Below are positions 46,332-60,714 of a DNA stretch of 64,000 bases, piece by piece. Below the pieces are notes generated by a model, which searched no databases, was not told the origin of the DNA, and saw only the letters and a program-made list of their open reading frames with translations. Source of the stretch: the human T2T-CHM13v2.0 reference genome, Homo sapiens; assembly GCF_009914755.1 (NCBI RefSeq), contig NC_060935.1; one strand, 5' to 3'. Position 1 is the first letter of the stretch. Every line of letters begins with the position of its first letter. A program made the translations under genes and the position numbers.

Positions 46332-48059
46332 AGGACTAACTATGTGATCTTCACCAAAACACTTGAAGTCGATAAACCTCAGCTTTTTACTTGTCAAGTG
46401 TTAATAATATATGTCCTATAAACTTCAGAGATTGTTTTGCAAATAATACGCTACATAAAATTAATGTATCTAAGAATAGATTTTATGTTTTTGTTTAGCA
46501 AATTAAAAACTACAAAAGTAATATTTTTGCATACATTACATATCACATGCATCTATCTATCTATTCATCTATCTGTATCTTTGTCAGTTAGGATACAGGA
46601 CAGCCACGCAGAATAAGCGGCAGTCCAGAGGGAGAGCAATCTTCAGTGAAGAGCAAACCATCTTCAGTGATGGTTAAGAGAATGCAAAAGGGCAAACAGT
46701 AGATATGAGCATAATTCTTAACATCAAAGTTGTGTCTTCTTCATAACAATCATTTTAGTTTGACTGGATGAATGTGAAAATTAGAAGAGTCTCATGATAT
46801 TTACTCAATTTATGTGTTGTAATGCAAGAAGATGTAAGGCTAAGTATGTAAGACTCATTCAGTGGCTTACAAATAGAATAGAACAAGATTGCTATAATAT
46901 TTCTAATAAGGCTTTGGAATATGACCAGTGTTTATTGTGAATATGTTTGTCATCAGATTATCAGATGCATACTATTGACACTGTTCTTGTGGATTTGGCA
47001 TTTAAGAGAACAGACTTCTGCTCAGGAAACATGTCTATCATTGAGATCCTAACAAGCCACAGGTGTAAAGAGCTGCACCCTGCCTGTTACCAATGCAAGG
47101 AAGGTTGAGAACTTTTAACACTAAAGCTATGATCCAATTAGGGCCTCATGTCTGTAGGTTGGAGGTAACTTTATGTTTCTCCATTAAGGGATTTACCTGG
47201 AATATTTTTAGAAATGTTTTACTGCTGCCACCCAGGTGACTGATGAACTTGCTAATGGTGATGAGAAAACTAGCATTTGTATCACTGCTCCTGGGTGCTT
47301 GCAATTTGCACTTTGTATTTACGAGCATCACCCTATTGACCTCTCACAATTTCCCTCTGAAGTTCATATAATTGCAGCTACTTTTCTGAGGAATCTGTGC
47401 TGTAACACCATGCAGGAACCTCTTTAACACAACCATGAAAGTGCAAACTGCATTCTGGCACTGATTTTTAACAGATGTCTTTCTGCATTGTGACCAAACA
47501 CACACTCTTTAAAGTGACGCCAGCTATGTATGCCTCCTTCTCCTTCTCTCTCAAGGTTTCCCCTGTGATGACTACTCTGAAGGGATCAGCTCTATACTAG
47601 ACACAGGATAAATGGGAGGAGATTGTTCATTAACTGCGGGAAAGTATATGAGGAAAATATGATTCCCTCTTGCTACATACAAAAGAAAAATCTTTGTAAG
47701 TATAAAAATGTAAGATGTTAAATAGTATTCTTATCACATAAATGAAAAAGTTGTTGAGATGCTAAGAATATTGATAATGAAACTTAAAAATGGTAAAGCA
47801 CTGTGTGAATATAATTAATTCATTTAAAAAACCTATTTATCAATGGCCTATGTTTCAGAAACTGTGAAGGGACTGGAGATGTACTGATTGACAAGACAAA
47901 ATCTACCACCCGCCCCCCACAGCAAAATAAATTTACACAGTATTATTGCTGTTGCTATTGTTGTACTCTTAGTTATATTTCCAGTAATTTGTCTTTGATC
48001 CTTTACAAAATGTAAGCTTATGAGGCAGCATCATGCTAGTTTTCTTTTTCTTTACTTTG

Positions 48060-48800
48060 ATCTTTGATCACCCCGCTCATGTTTTTGCAGGTGACTCCCA
48101 AATCCAAATCTATAGTCCCATCCTTTCTCATGAGCTCCTGTCCTGTGTTTACAAAGTACTTGCTGAATCTCTTAAGAACATGCTGAGCACTCAAACTCAA
48201 CCTTCCCCAAACGGAGTCGTCATTTTCTTGTCTCCAGGCCCCATCATTCAACCACAAAAATACAGGTTCAATTTTGGTTCCCTGTTGTCATGTAAACCAG
48301 CTGTCAAGTATAGTGACTGGCACACTTCCCATATGTCCTTTCTGACATCCTTCATCCAGTATTCCCTCACACCAACCTGTTCTATATCTTATTGCCTTCA
48401 CATTCTACATATGTTTTTGATCATGTCAACTGTGCAGAAAATCACTGTCACTCAATCAAAAGTATCCAAACTCTTTAGCCTAATGTTGGAAGTCCCCCAA
48501 CATCCATAAACAACTTCTCTCCAGCTTATCTTCCAGAATTCCTAGCACCTAGGACACGGGAACTTTGTAGAACATGCCAGTACATTTCTCCTCACTGCTC
48601 TTCCACCTAGGCTGTTCCATTCTTCACACTCATGTAAGCCCCCACTTACCCTTTCAGGCAGATTTTAAAATGTATTCATTACTTCTATTAAGCATCTCTG
48701 ATTCTTTCCACGTAGAATAGCCGTTCTCACTCATCTTTAATTCAGAATTCTTTACCTGTATTATGGGTCTTAATTCTTTAATTCAGAATTCTTTACCTGT
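48060..48800 (+). mobile_element. L2 LINE fragment
   Basis: gcaggtgactcccaaatccaaatctatagtccc...tctcatgagctcc...aaagtatccaaactctttagcct. Confidence 0.65.
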
Positions 48801-48815
48801 ATTATGGGTCTTAAT
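48734..48815 (+). repeat. Perfect 41-bp tandem duplication
   Basis: tctttaattcagaattctttacctgtattatgggtcttaat x2. Confidence 0.97.
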
Positions 48816-48821
48816 ATTTTC

Positions 48822-49132
48822 TTTCTTTCTTTCTTTCTTTTTTTTTTTTTTTTGAGATGGAGTTTCACTCTGTCACCAAGCTGGAGGGCAGTGGCGCGAT
48901 CTCGGCTCACTGCAACCTCTGCCTCCTGGGTTTAAGCTATTCTCCTGCCTCAGTCTCCTGAGTAGCTGGGACTACAGGCACGCGCCACCACGCCCAGCTA
49001 GTTTTTGTATTTTTAGTAGAGACAAGGTTTCACCATGTTGGCCAGGATGGTCTCGATCTCTTGACCTCATGATCCACCCACCATGACCTCCCAAAGTGCT
49101 GGGATTACAGGCGTGTGCCACCACGCCTGGCC
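48822..49132 (-). mobile_element. AluSc-like
   Basis: ttggccaggatggtctcgatctcttgacc; TSD aatattttc. Confidence 0.95.
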
Positions 49133-49239
49133 AATATTTTCACCATGAAATGAAAGGCATGTGTTCATATGCCTTAATTCTCTCAGCACGCATATAGGTC
49201 TGATTTATATCTATATACATAGACATGTCTTAATATCAT

Positions 49240-49690
49240 ATATATATAGAAAGTACATAAATCCCAAGTGTACGGCTTGGTAAATAAATATTCACAATGC
49301 TAACATGCCCATGTAGCTAGCACCTCCATCATGAAATAAATAAATTAGCAGAACACGAAGAGCCACCTCATGTTTCTTTTTAGTCTCTACCCTGTCAAGG
49401 AAATCTACAGTCATTTGTAACATCATTGCCTGTTTTTAAGCTTTATATAAATGGGATCAAATGAATGTACCATTTTATGTTTAATTTATTTGGCTCTAAT
49501 TAACATTTATGGGAATCCATCCAGATCACTTCACGTACTTTGAGTTTCCATAATCTCATTACTGTATTATATTTCATTGCATGAACGTACTGTACTTCAT
49601 GTTTACTCATTCTTCTGTATGGCTTGTCTCCACTTCTGGGATATTACAAATAGTGCTGTTTTCTTGGGTAGATTTTTAGATGTACATATG
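49240..49690 (-). mobile_element. L1ME-type 3' fragment
   Basis: tagaaagtacataaatcccaagtgtacggcttg...gcctgtttttaagctttatataaatgggatca. Confidence 0.6.
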
Positions 49691-49805
49691 TCACCCATTT
49701 CTAGTGGTTTTACAGTGTCTGGTATACTTTTGTGTTTCTTACAGCATCTAATTCAGTGTTTTGTTACTTGAAAAATAAATGAATAAATCTATATGATATT
49801 TGTAA

Positions 49806-49992
49806 TTTTTAATTTTTGTGGGTACATCGTAGGTGTATATATTTATGGAGTACATGAGATATTCTGATACAGGCATACAATGTGCAATACTCATATCGGG
49901 ATAAATGAGGTATCCATCATCTCAAACATTTATTCTTTCTTTGGATAACAGACATTCCAATTATACCCTTTTAGTTAGTTCAAAATGTACAA
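49806..49992 (-). mobile_element. L1MA2/3-like 3' end
   Basis: tttttaatttttgtgggtacatcgtaggtgtatatatttatggagtacatgagat. Confidence 0.85.
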
Positions 49993-50144
49993 GTGAGAAT
50001 CCTTCAAGTACCAAATATAAATATATATTATTCATATAGTAGGCATGTTCTCTTTATCTCTCTCTTTCTCTCCTCCCTCTCCCTCTAATCTTTCTCCCTC
50101 TCACTTTCTTTCTCTTCACCCCCTTCTCCTTGTCTCTTTCTCCT

Positions 50145-50565
50145 TGTTAGATCTGCCTAGGGGTAGACATGACACAAGGGTGTCTTTGGGCAGTGCAGGG
50201 AACAGAGATACAAGAATGGAGAAGTGATACCTGGAAGAATGGTAGCTCAATAACCAGTGAGTGACCAGAGCTCAGCCCAGTGGATAAACTGGGAAATGAT
50301 GCAAAACAACTCATAATTATCCCAACTGAGCAGTGAGGGAGCTGGGGCATTTAAATGCTAACCTGAGAGTCCCTGATAGAGACTTCTGATTGTTCACAAG
50401 GGGAGTTAATTTCCGGGCACTTCCTCCTTCCATGCGCATGTGCATCATGGCCATCTGCACATTCAGGAAACAAACTCAGCCCAGATGCAGACACTAGCAG
50501 TTGGTAGTTAGCCAGGTCCCACTAAAACTGCAGAGTCTGAGGAAATATGGACAGAAGACTGACGT
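50145..50565 (-). mobile_element. LTR16-type ERVL LTR
   Basis: attatcccaactgagcagtgagggagctggggcattta...ggagttaatttccgggcacttcc. Confidence 0.6.
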
Positions 50566-51635
50566 TAAATATCCTTCCTTTTTTTCTTCTATTTCCTTCT
50601 TGCTTGCTTGCTCTTTGTCTCTTGCATCACAATAAGAGCTTTTAAATTTATATTGAGATATTCAAAGAGCATTTAAAAAAATAAAGCTGAGGAAATCATG
50701 ACAATGAAAAAATAAAAATTAAAAAATATATATGAACCTGAGATCGAGCTAGTACCCAAAATATTTCTCATGTAAGAGATGAACCACAGTTTTACACAAA
50801 AGCTCTTGCTTTGTATAATATCATGATACATGTATCACTGTATCATGTTTACCACCAACCCCATGAGGCAAACATGATTCACCCATTTATGTTATCCATG
50901 ACAGCATTATGACAATTCAGTTTTCTAGGAAAAGTACTTTTCACTGATACAAAGATTAGAGACACTGTCTACATCAGCCCTTCGTAATGAAAGCAGTGTG
51001 CAGTGCTGTAAACAATGCCATTCTCAAACTTTACAGAGAAATAGAAGTTTATAAAGCCAAAGGGAAATCAAGATTAAGGTCTTCAGAGCAAAACAAACTT
51101 GATAAGAATCTAGTCTCCTTTGAAAATGTTCCCCAGTTTCAGAATACTACAAACAATATCTCCAGGAAATAGTTGTCAGAATCAAGAATCTCTAATGACA
51201 TTTGAATACTGTATACAATTGACCTGAAGATACTTCAAGAAACTGGTGACCATTCCAATGACACCTTTGGACAGCCTCTGGAAGAGGGTTAGGAGCAGCC
51301 AATTCAAGAATTGAGGAAAAGAAAATACAAGGATCAAAATAATTGTCACTATCATCAACTGCTGCCCAAAAAAGATGGCTGCAGAGACTGCCACCATTTT
51401 GAGTTTCAGGGATACTGAAAAATAAACAGCTGGCAACCATCCACCCCAGAGGGAGTAACGCAATTCCACCAGCAATTAGGCCCAGTACTCACACTATTTA
51501 ATTAGATCAACTGCTGTAGGCTGAGCCTACACATCCTTTGATTCCTGTTTTGCAAGCCCTCCCAAACCCCCATGGCCTTCTGGTCGGTGGGGTTGCTATC
51601 ATGAAGATGCTCTGTATTTCCTTGATTCTAACTAG

Positions 51636-52018
<383 letters not shown>

Positions 52019-52212
52019 CATGAACAGGCTCAGTTTTATCTTTAACCTCTTCGTTTTTACTTCATGTTCTTGCTTTAATGAAAACATTATAACTGAAGAT
52101 ATAGTTTCCATGACAGTTGTGTCTTCTCTCAAAGTCCATAGATTTTAGGTTTGAGGTAGGAGTTAATTTTCTTTCTCCTAAGGCCTTGACATTCATGGAG
52201 CATTAATCCCCC

Positions 52213-55200
52213 ATCTTAGTCAGGAAAGGCTGGAGTAAGCCACGGTAACAAATTCTGAAGTTTTAGTGTGACACAAAAGTTTATTTCTTACTCATAAAGT
52301 AGTCTAATGAGAAGGTGAAGTGGTTTTCCTCCAACTAGTTACTTCTTTGTGATTTTTCTACCATCTTTTGGCATTAAGATCATCTTGGCACAATTCAGTC
52401 AGCAAACAGTGAAAAAACAATTGAGAGGAAGACACACAATTTACTTACTCACTTCAGCCAAAAAAAATGTCATTTCTCCTTACATCCATCTCATCAGCCA
52501 TAGCTCAATCATATGTCACCAACCTCACTAAAATAGTGCCTTGGAAATATAGACTTTTGGGGGTTCCAGGAAGAGGAAATGAAACTGGTAGGTATTTGCC
52601 ACAACTCAACCTTCTGGTTAACAAATTATCCATTTTATTCTTTCTCAGGCACATAGAACACATGCTCTCTTTTTAAGAAGGAAAGCCCAAATTACCATCT
52701 GGTCACTGTTTCTAACTCAAAATCAAGCTCTCCAGGTGATTCTCAGTCCTCTACATCAAGTCTACCTGTGGCTCTTTGTCATATCAACAAAACGTATGTT
52801 TCATTTCAGTATACAGTGTCAGAGAAAAGGATATCCACATTAGACACTCCCATTAAGAAAGAAAATGGTACGAGGAGAATGGAAAACACATAAAATCATG
52901 GGCCATTTAAAATCCAGTGGGCCAGGCACTGAGAACCCTTTCTTGTCTCAGAGGTAAAAGAGATTCCGTGAACTAGCTCTATTCTTTGGAAGATATTGGT
53001 ACATAGCTTCCCATGACCTCAAGCTCTTCTTTTTGGAAGAGTTCTCTTTCCCATTATCCTACATGGCCACAGTGAAAATGAGCATTTGTCAGTGTGGCTT
53101 CCTCGAAGGCTGCCTCTTGACTGTAGAACAATTAGCACTGGAGTTGTTTAATAGCTAGAATGGCGTAAGCGATTTTTAGTGTGGTCTTGAGGTTCCTCTG
53201 GCAACATAATTCATCCTTGAACAATGCAGGGGTTAGGGGCATCAACCCATGTGCATTCAGATAGAAATTTGTCTCCTCCAAAGCTTAACTAATAGCCTAT
53301 TATTAACCAGAAGACTCATCAGTAACATAAATAGAATTGATACATATTTTGTATGGTTTATATGTTATATATTGTACTGTTATGATAAAGTAAACTAGAG
53401 AAAAGAAAATGTTAAGAAAATCATAAGAAAGAGAAAGTATATTCACTATTTATTACATGGGAATGGATCATCATAAAAGTCTTTATCCTCAGTGACTTCA
53501 GGTTGAGTACGATGAGGAGGAGGGGAAAGAAGGGGTTGGTTTCTCTGTCTTAGAGTGGAGGAGGCAGAACAAAATCTGCATACAAGTGGGCACATGCAAT
53601 TTAAATGTATTTTAATGGTCAACTGTATGTGTTTTTCCTTATAACTTAGTAACTTGAGCTTTGCATTTTTCTAATCAGTTCATGATCTAATAACCCAAAA
53701 ATTTTTGAGCTGTAATTTTCATGTTTAGTGACTGTTAACTTGATGTCCTCCTGACATAAATAGGGATGCTAACCCTAAAAACTCTATCTCATCTTCACCA
53801 CGGAACACTTTGGTAAAATAGAAAGCTGAATTAGACTTTGACACTCAAAAATTTTTAACCACATATTAATTATGTGATTATTTTCAAATCTTTTCCACTA
53901 GGCTTGCTAGTTTAGACAAATAGTCTACCCCAAAAATGTCAGCAGAGGTGACAGTTTTAAAATATTTTGCTTTAACATAACATGAATTGCCTTTTTCTAA
54001 ATTTCCACTATTATGTCTTCCCTTCTTGTTTTTCTACTATTAAGCTAGTGCCGTATATTTGCAGAAATTTTTTATGCTACCAATTTACTTCTGCTCAAGG
54101 TCAAACCTGACAGCTCCTGAATAACTATTGAAATTCTTGGTGACTTAACACAATACAAAGTTTAGTTCTCACTCATGCCATACTCAGCTATGAAAGGTCA
54201 AAAGGTTTTCTGGTAGCTTTCCTATAAGTGGTGACTCATAGATCCTGTTTGTTTGCTTGCTTTTTAATCATATGTCTCCATCATTTTGGATTCCTTTTTT
54301 CCATCCACAAAACTGCAAAGATAGAAAATGGACCAAGATGTATTCAGTTGTTTGAGAATTCAGGTCTGGAAATAGCCTATATCATGTCTGCCCAGATTTA
54401 TTTGGCCATTACTAATCAAATGACCCCTATCTAATTTCAAAGGAGTTAGGGAAATCTAGTCTTCTAGCATTCCTTTGAAAAGGAAACAGGATTGATGGGA
54501 TCCAGCCATTTTCTGCCACCATTCAGCCTTCTAGTCCACAAATATCTGCCTCAGTATTTCTTCCAAATATGTGAAACTTTCACCCCTTACATATAGAGAA
54601 CAATCCAAAGTTTCCATTTGGCCACTGTCTCTGTATAAATTTCTGGGATCAAGGACTGATACCCAAGCCATCTCTGCCATCTGTAGATATGGCTTCTCTT
54701 TGTCCTGTAACTTCTGGACTAAAATGATAGTTATCTTCCTCCTACCCACAAAAATGCACATACCACATATAGTAGTGAATCAGGAACAGGATATTAGCAG
54801 TAAATGCTCTCATTTGAAAGGGTGAAGAATGAAAAGCTCACCCCAGCTACTGGCTGGAACAACTCTGAAATGCTGCTCGGAAGACACAGTGAAAGTCTCT
54901 GCACTTGGGTTTATGATTCTGGCTCCCTGGGAGGATTTTTTTGTCCATTAGTGTTCATGGGCCCTGGGCTGTTCCTTTGGGAGTCTCCTTATTCTTATGC
55001 CACTGCCGAGTCCGGTAAGCACAGTTGGAACATTTCTTCTCTGAGAAGTGACTCAAAGATCAGTCTGTTTCCATGTTATGGTCCTTACATCTCACAGTTT
55101 TAAGCCCACTCGAAAATCCACCAGCTGAGGGAGATGGAGGGAATAAAGCCAAAGGTAAAATACACCAGTTATTTAAGCACTTTATGAAAAGATTGATGAC

Positions 55201-55335
55201 ATCACTTTCTTTTGCATGGCAATGGCCAGATCTGTCCCATGAACCCAATCTAACTGCAAGGGAGAATGAGAAGTGTGATCTTCTTATGAAGCCAAGAAGA
55301 ATAAAAGGATTGGTAAGTGAGCCTGAAACTTTTCC
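52213..55335 (-). mobile_element. Ancient MaLR (MLT1J/K/L-like) LTRs with internal sequence
   Basis: LTR motifs (aaagtttatttct-actca; ctaactgcaagggag...gaaat-tagtctt...gaagagg) recur near 52550, 54450 and 55270; MLT-int-like sequence follows the first two. Confidence 0.55.
53207..53625 (-). mobile_element. Tigger2a/MER28 DNA transposon
   Basis: ccttgaacaatgcaggggttagggg...aagtaaactagagaaaagaaaatgttaagaaaatcataag...ggtcaactg. Confidence 0.8.
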
Positions 55336-55479
55336 CTAGTCCTTCGTAAAAATTCTTCTCCTTGAAAGCTATTGCCATTTGATGCTAACATTTTTCCCTT
55401 TCCTGTACCGTCATTCTGAGTAGTCCTGCTCTTCTCTCTCCTGAATCAGACATTAGCACTTTCAAAACTTTCTTTCTGC

Positions 55480-57660
55480 CTTTATCGTCACTTATAAATA
55501 GACCCAACCAGACCACTGGCCTCAACTTGATCAATCTCCTCAACTCCAATGATCTTCTCCAACATGATACCTCAGCCAACCTTCTCAGAGTCAAATCCTA
55601 GAATCTGTCATCACTCGAAACAGCTCTTTTTCCAAAATCGCTAATCCCATTTCTCTCTGTGTTCCAAATAGAATCATCTTTTTCTCTGTTTACTATGAAA
55701 CTCCCTTCCTAATTCATCAGTTAAAATCCAATATTGGTTGGGTGAGGTGGCTCACACCTGTAATCCCAGTAATTTAGGGTGCTGAGGCAGAAGGATCACT
55801 TCAGCCCAGAAGTTCAAGACTGGCCTGGGCAACATGGCCAAACCCCGTATCTACAAAAACCAAAACTAAAAATAAAGAAATAAAGAAAATCCATTCTTAG
55901 CCCCTTTAATCCAACCTCTATGCTCATAGCCCCCTATTACTCCAGCTTGCTTAGTCAGTCCCTTCCTATTATGGTTCCCTGATCTTTTTCTCTAGACTAA
56001 TAATTCTCTTTACTCTTTCCCAATACAATAACCATCCCCTTTTATTAATTCTCTCATTAACCAGTTTTAAGTTATTTGGTTCACCCTTTCAAACACTCCC
56101 TTGCCACACACTTTGTTACCAACCAACGCTACAATTTATTCCTAATCTTCAAATTAAAAAAGGGCCTAACACTCACTTGCAATCAGACATTTCTCTGGTC
56201 AACAAATCTTGTCTACTTGCTGCAGAAATTATTTTAAACCTTTGTGCTTCCCTTAAAACTCCGATCATCCAGCTCCTCACCTCACCCTCATTGCCTAATA
56301 ACACAAAGAGAAAGTGTAAGCCTTAGGGTAAGGAATCTTTTATCATTTTACAATCATCTACAAGCCTACTTTCTTTTTTTTCCCCTGAGCCCCTTCACTC
56401 TCTCCTGTTATAAATGAAAAGGCACCCTTACTACTATAAAAGGGTCTTTTATGCTTCAGTCCTCATCCTCTTCTGACTTTATAGGAGATTAATCTATTCT
56501 CCACCCCCATATATTCAGTCTTGCCCTCGATACTGCACTTTTTTTCCAATAGTATTTAAATCCTCTTAAGCCTATCTCATCTGAAAATACAGCAAATAAG
56601 TTAAAACACTCTTATACCCATAGTTTCAATCTCCATCTTTATGTCGATGACTGCTAATTCTCCTCTGAGCTTCAATAAGCATATTTCAAGCTACCCTCTT
56701 GACACATTGCAAACAGCTTCACTGAACACAGCCACACTGGAATAGCTGGCTCTCCCATACTCTAAAAGTATTTTCTCTTTGTATCCTCTCTCAATGAATG
56801 GCACTAGAGTTAATCTCTGCTGCATGTCAAATGCCTGGGAGTTATTTTTGACAACTCTCTCTCCTTTTTCTCCTCCACTAACAGATCCTGAATGCCACAT
56901 CTCCTAAATAAACTTTGAATACATCCACTTCTAATTCTATCACCACTACCACCCTGGTCCAGATAAGCTCACATCTTTTTGGACTATCATAACACCCACC
57001 CTTCTTCTTTCATGTTTTTCCCCTTTAATTGATTCTCTTCTCTGCAAGCTGAATAGTAGTTTCTAGGTGCAAATCTGATGATATATTACATGTTTGCTTA
57101 AAATCCTTCAAAGGATTCTCTTTGTTCCTTGCTTTTGAGGTACAATCAAAATAGTTAACAGGGCTAAGCATGGTCTGGACCCTAAATACTGCTTCAGTTT
57201 CATCTCATACTATGACAACCCACAACTCTCCAAGCTTTAGCTACTTTCACTGTCATTTCAATCTTCAGACAATAGTCTGAAGATACTCCTTCTCACCACA
57301 AGGTTTTACATATTTGAAAACTGCTCTGTTTTCAGATACCATCTCTTATGACCATGTTTCATCTATATAATTAATTCTCATCACGTTAGTTCTCAAATCA
57401 AGTGCTATCATCTCAGTAAAATCTTCCTTGATATCTCAGACTAGAGCCCCTTTTTCATAAAACATTGCCCCCGTTCATTTCCTTCAAAAATATACAATTT
57501 AATATTTTTGTGTAATATTTATTTGTGCTGTTATTTTTTGGAATCCATCTTACCCTCTTCCTAAAAGGATTTTGCTTAATTTCCTGATAGATATTTTCAC
57601 CACTTAACACAGCACAGAGATGTAGAGGGTGTTTGTAAATAAATGTTGAAAAAAATATAT
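55480..57660 (+). mobile_element. L2 LINE (long degenerate 3' portion)
   Basis: ctcctcaactccaatgat..., tcaatgaatggcac, tgcaaatctgat...gcttaaaatccttcaa, 3' end aacacagcacagag...aaataaatgttgaa. Confidence 0.7.
55736..55885 (+). mobile_element. FLAM_C
   Basis: Left monomer only, with A-rich tail; TSD aaaatcca. Confidence 0.85.
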
Positions 57661-57756
57661 TAATTTCAGAATGGCAAAATAAAGAGAAAGGCAGTGTGTC
57701 CCAGGGAGGTAGTTACATTATTCAGGGATGTACTACACAATAATAAACAGAGAGTG

Positions 57757-57762
<6 letters not shown>

Positions 57763-57789
<27 letters not shown>

Positions 57790-57845
57790 ATACACACACA
57801 CATACACATACATGTTCTCTTTGTATATATATATACACACACATA
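57763..57845. repeat. (TG)n / (CA)n / (TA)n compound microsatellite
   Basis: Direct reading. Confidence 0.9.
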
Positions 57846-58574
57846 CAGAGAGAATTATTCACCCCTCTATAATATTTTTCTCAACTTAATTTTTGATAAG
57901 TAATAGATGATAGATAGTTCAAGGTTATTGTCTCTGAAAAATAAGTAGTGAGAAAATATCTTGTGTTACCATTTTAATACAGATCCTCAGGTTTAGGATT
58001 AGTTAATATATAATGCACACCAGGAATATAAGTATAGATATAATCATGCAAAAACAATTCATACTCTCAGATAAGCCTCCTGAGAAAACCAAAGATAAAA
58101 CTAATACTACATTTCAGAAACTCCAAGTCAACTTGACTCCAAGTCAAAACTTCATGATTATGCTAGGGCATTTTGTCCTAGCATTCTTTTTCCCTAGCGT
58201 GTTTCAGAGAGGTCATATACTAGAAGGGCTGAGAATTTCTATCTTTCTCTTTACACAAAATGGTGACGTAGCAGGACAAACCATTGTCTCAGAAACCCTT
58301 AAATTAGAAACATGTTTTTCGTCCTGGCTTTGCCACAGTGTGACATTCTGTAGATTGCTTAAAGACACCCTGAAACTTAGTTTTGTACCTTTTTAGAATG
58401 CAAAGGTGAATTTATAAATCTGTTTCAGATCTAAGCTTCTAAAAATCTTTATTTGGCATCATTTGTATGTTTCAATAACAATCATGATGGGATATTCAGA
58501 ATTCATCTGGGAACACTAGTAATCAAGTACCCCAGTGTCAAATATTAAATCTAAAGAGTGAGAAAATGCACATA

Positions 58575-58596
58575 CACACACACACACACACACACA
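58575..58596. repeat. (CA)n microsatellite
   Basis: Direct reading. Confidence 0.9.
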
Positions 58597-59448
58597 GACA
58601 TATAAATACAAACATGCAAAAACAAATAAATAAAACATCAACCCCTTCAGTGGCTCCTTGTTCTTATCCCACTTAGCTCTTCTATTGCTTGATACCTTAA
58701 AGAAACATACTTTATCCAAGCTTTATGCTCTTGTAAAAAATTAATATGAATATGCTAACAATTTTCCCATTGGGTTTGCAATTATTCCTACAATGTTTGG
58801 CATGCATGTGGGTGGCATGAAAAAACAACTTGTCCTTTGACCCTTCTCTGGATATTATCCCAGAACAATAAAACACTAAATGTTAACAGTGGCAGTAAAA
58901 TAAAATATAGATGAATGATAGAAATTGTTCATATAGCTTAGGAAAAGTTTATCTCTAAAAATAGTTGTTTATATTGAACAGAGAGCTTCCTTAAAGCAGT
59001 AGCTGCTAATAGGGCTAGAACATTAAAAAGAAATACTTATTGGTGTGTCATAAAACTTGGGATAATAAAGCAGCACTTGCTTAAACTAATAAAGATACAT
59101 TAGAGTGTGTGAAAATAGGAAGCATTGCTAAAGAGAGAGACTGCTCTTTAATGACCAAAAATGAAGAAAGCAGAAAGTAGAAATTTTTCTGTATTAGAAA
59201 CCCATTTTTAAGTTTCAAATTATCTCAAGGCAAGAATAATCCTCATATTCTAGTGGTGGTAAATAATGAAGTCTTTCATCTATCATATTCTGGTAGTTAA
59301 CTCTAACCCCCTGGGAACAGCTACTGAAGAGATGATGAGAAAAAGTCCACAAATCAGGCATCTGAAAGGAGAGTAAAATAGTTTCTGAGATATCATCCCG
59401 GTGGGAGCCACACAAGGGATGACTATAGTACACATGGACTTCTCTTAG

Positions 59449-59856
<408 letters not shown>

Positions 59857-60066
59857 AGGGGAAGCTTTTTTATGGAAAGGGCTTTTGCTTAGGGTATTGA
59901 GTTTGGCTTTTTACTGCTGAAGTCATTTTGGATAACTACACTGAAAAAAATCCCTCCTAAGAGAAAGAATAGAGATTGCCTGACAAAGGACATAAATTTA
60001 ATGAATAAACAGAAATAGGTTAAACTGCAGAAACTGACTACCTCTTGTGTATGAAGAGGCAGCTTT

Positions 60067-60371
60067 GGCCAGGCACAGTGGTTCACTCCTGTAATCCCAG
60101 TACTTTGGGAGGCCAAGGTGGTCAGATCACTTGAGGACAGGAGTTCGAGACCAGCCTGGCCAACATGGTGAAACCCTATCTCTATGGAAAATACAAAAAT
60201 TAGCCGGGCGTGGTGGTGCACACCTGTAGTCAAGCTATTCCAGAGCTGAGGCAGGAAAATCACTTGAACCCAGGAGGCAGAGGTTGCAGCGAGCTGGGAT
60301 TGTGCCACAGCACTCAAGCCTGGGCAACAGAGCAAGACTCTCTCTCTCTCAAAAAAAAAAAAAAAAAAAAA
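60067..60371 (+). mobile_element. AluSx/Sz-like
   Basis: Full dimer, long A tail; TSD aggcagcttt. Confidence 0.95.
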
Positions 60372-60714
60372 AGGCAGCTTTGCACAGATCACTCAGAAGC
60401 TGGACAGCTAAACACAGTTGTCTTCCATTAGTCAACCTCAAATGCCTGGCCCAAGTACTGATGCTATGGTAGGTTTGAGAGACCTGGGACATAGAATCAT
60501 AAAAGTGACTGGAATTTATGAAGCATCCCAGCACATTATGTGAGATCTGCAGATAGCAAAATCTATTTTAAAATGTTGAAAAACATTTGAATGTGTCTAG
60601 ACAGAAATGGACATCCTAATTTTGAGGATAGTTTTAAACTTTATTTTTATAAAATTAGCAAATAATCTACCCATGGAGGTAATAAGTGGAATACGATGTG
60701 TTCTCCACTTGTAC

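Noticed and set aside
46588-46677. Frame LGYRTATQNKRQSRGRAIFSEEQTIFSDG* after an AG, resembling a homeodomain N-terminal arm
   Set aside because: EEQ arises from a small tandem duplication, a stop follows at once, and there is no good donor site and no helix 2/3 (WFQNRR) nearby
48033-48509. 158-aa ORF
   Set aside because: Lies in a degenerate L2; no recognisable protein features
58013-58396. 127-aa ORF
   Set aside because: No recognisable motif or splice structure; the 3' part runs into MIR-like sequence
59889-60392. 167-aa ORF and similar ones at 10718, 16062, 17079, 25150, 34081 and 59518
   Set aside because: Typical Alu translations
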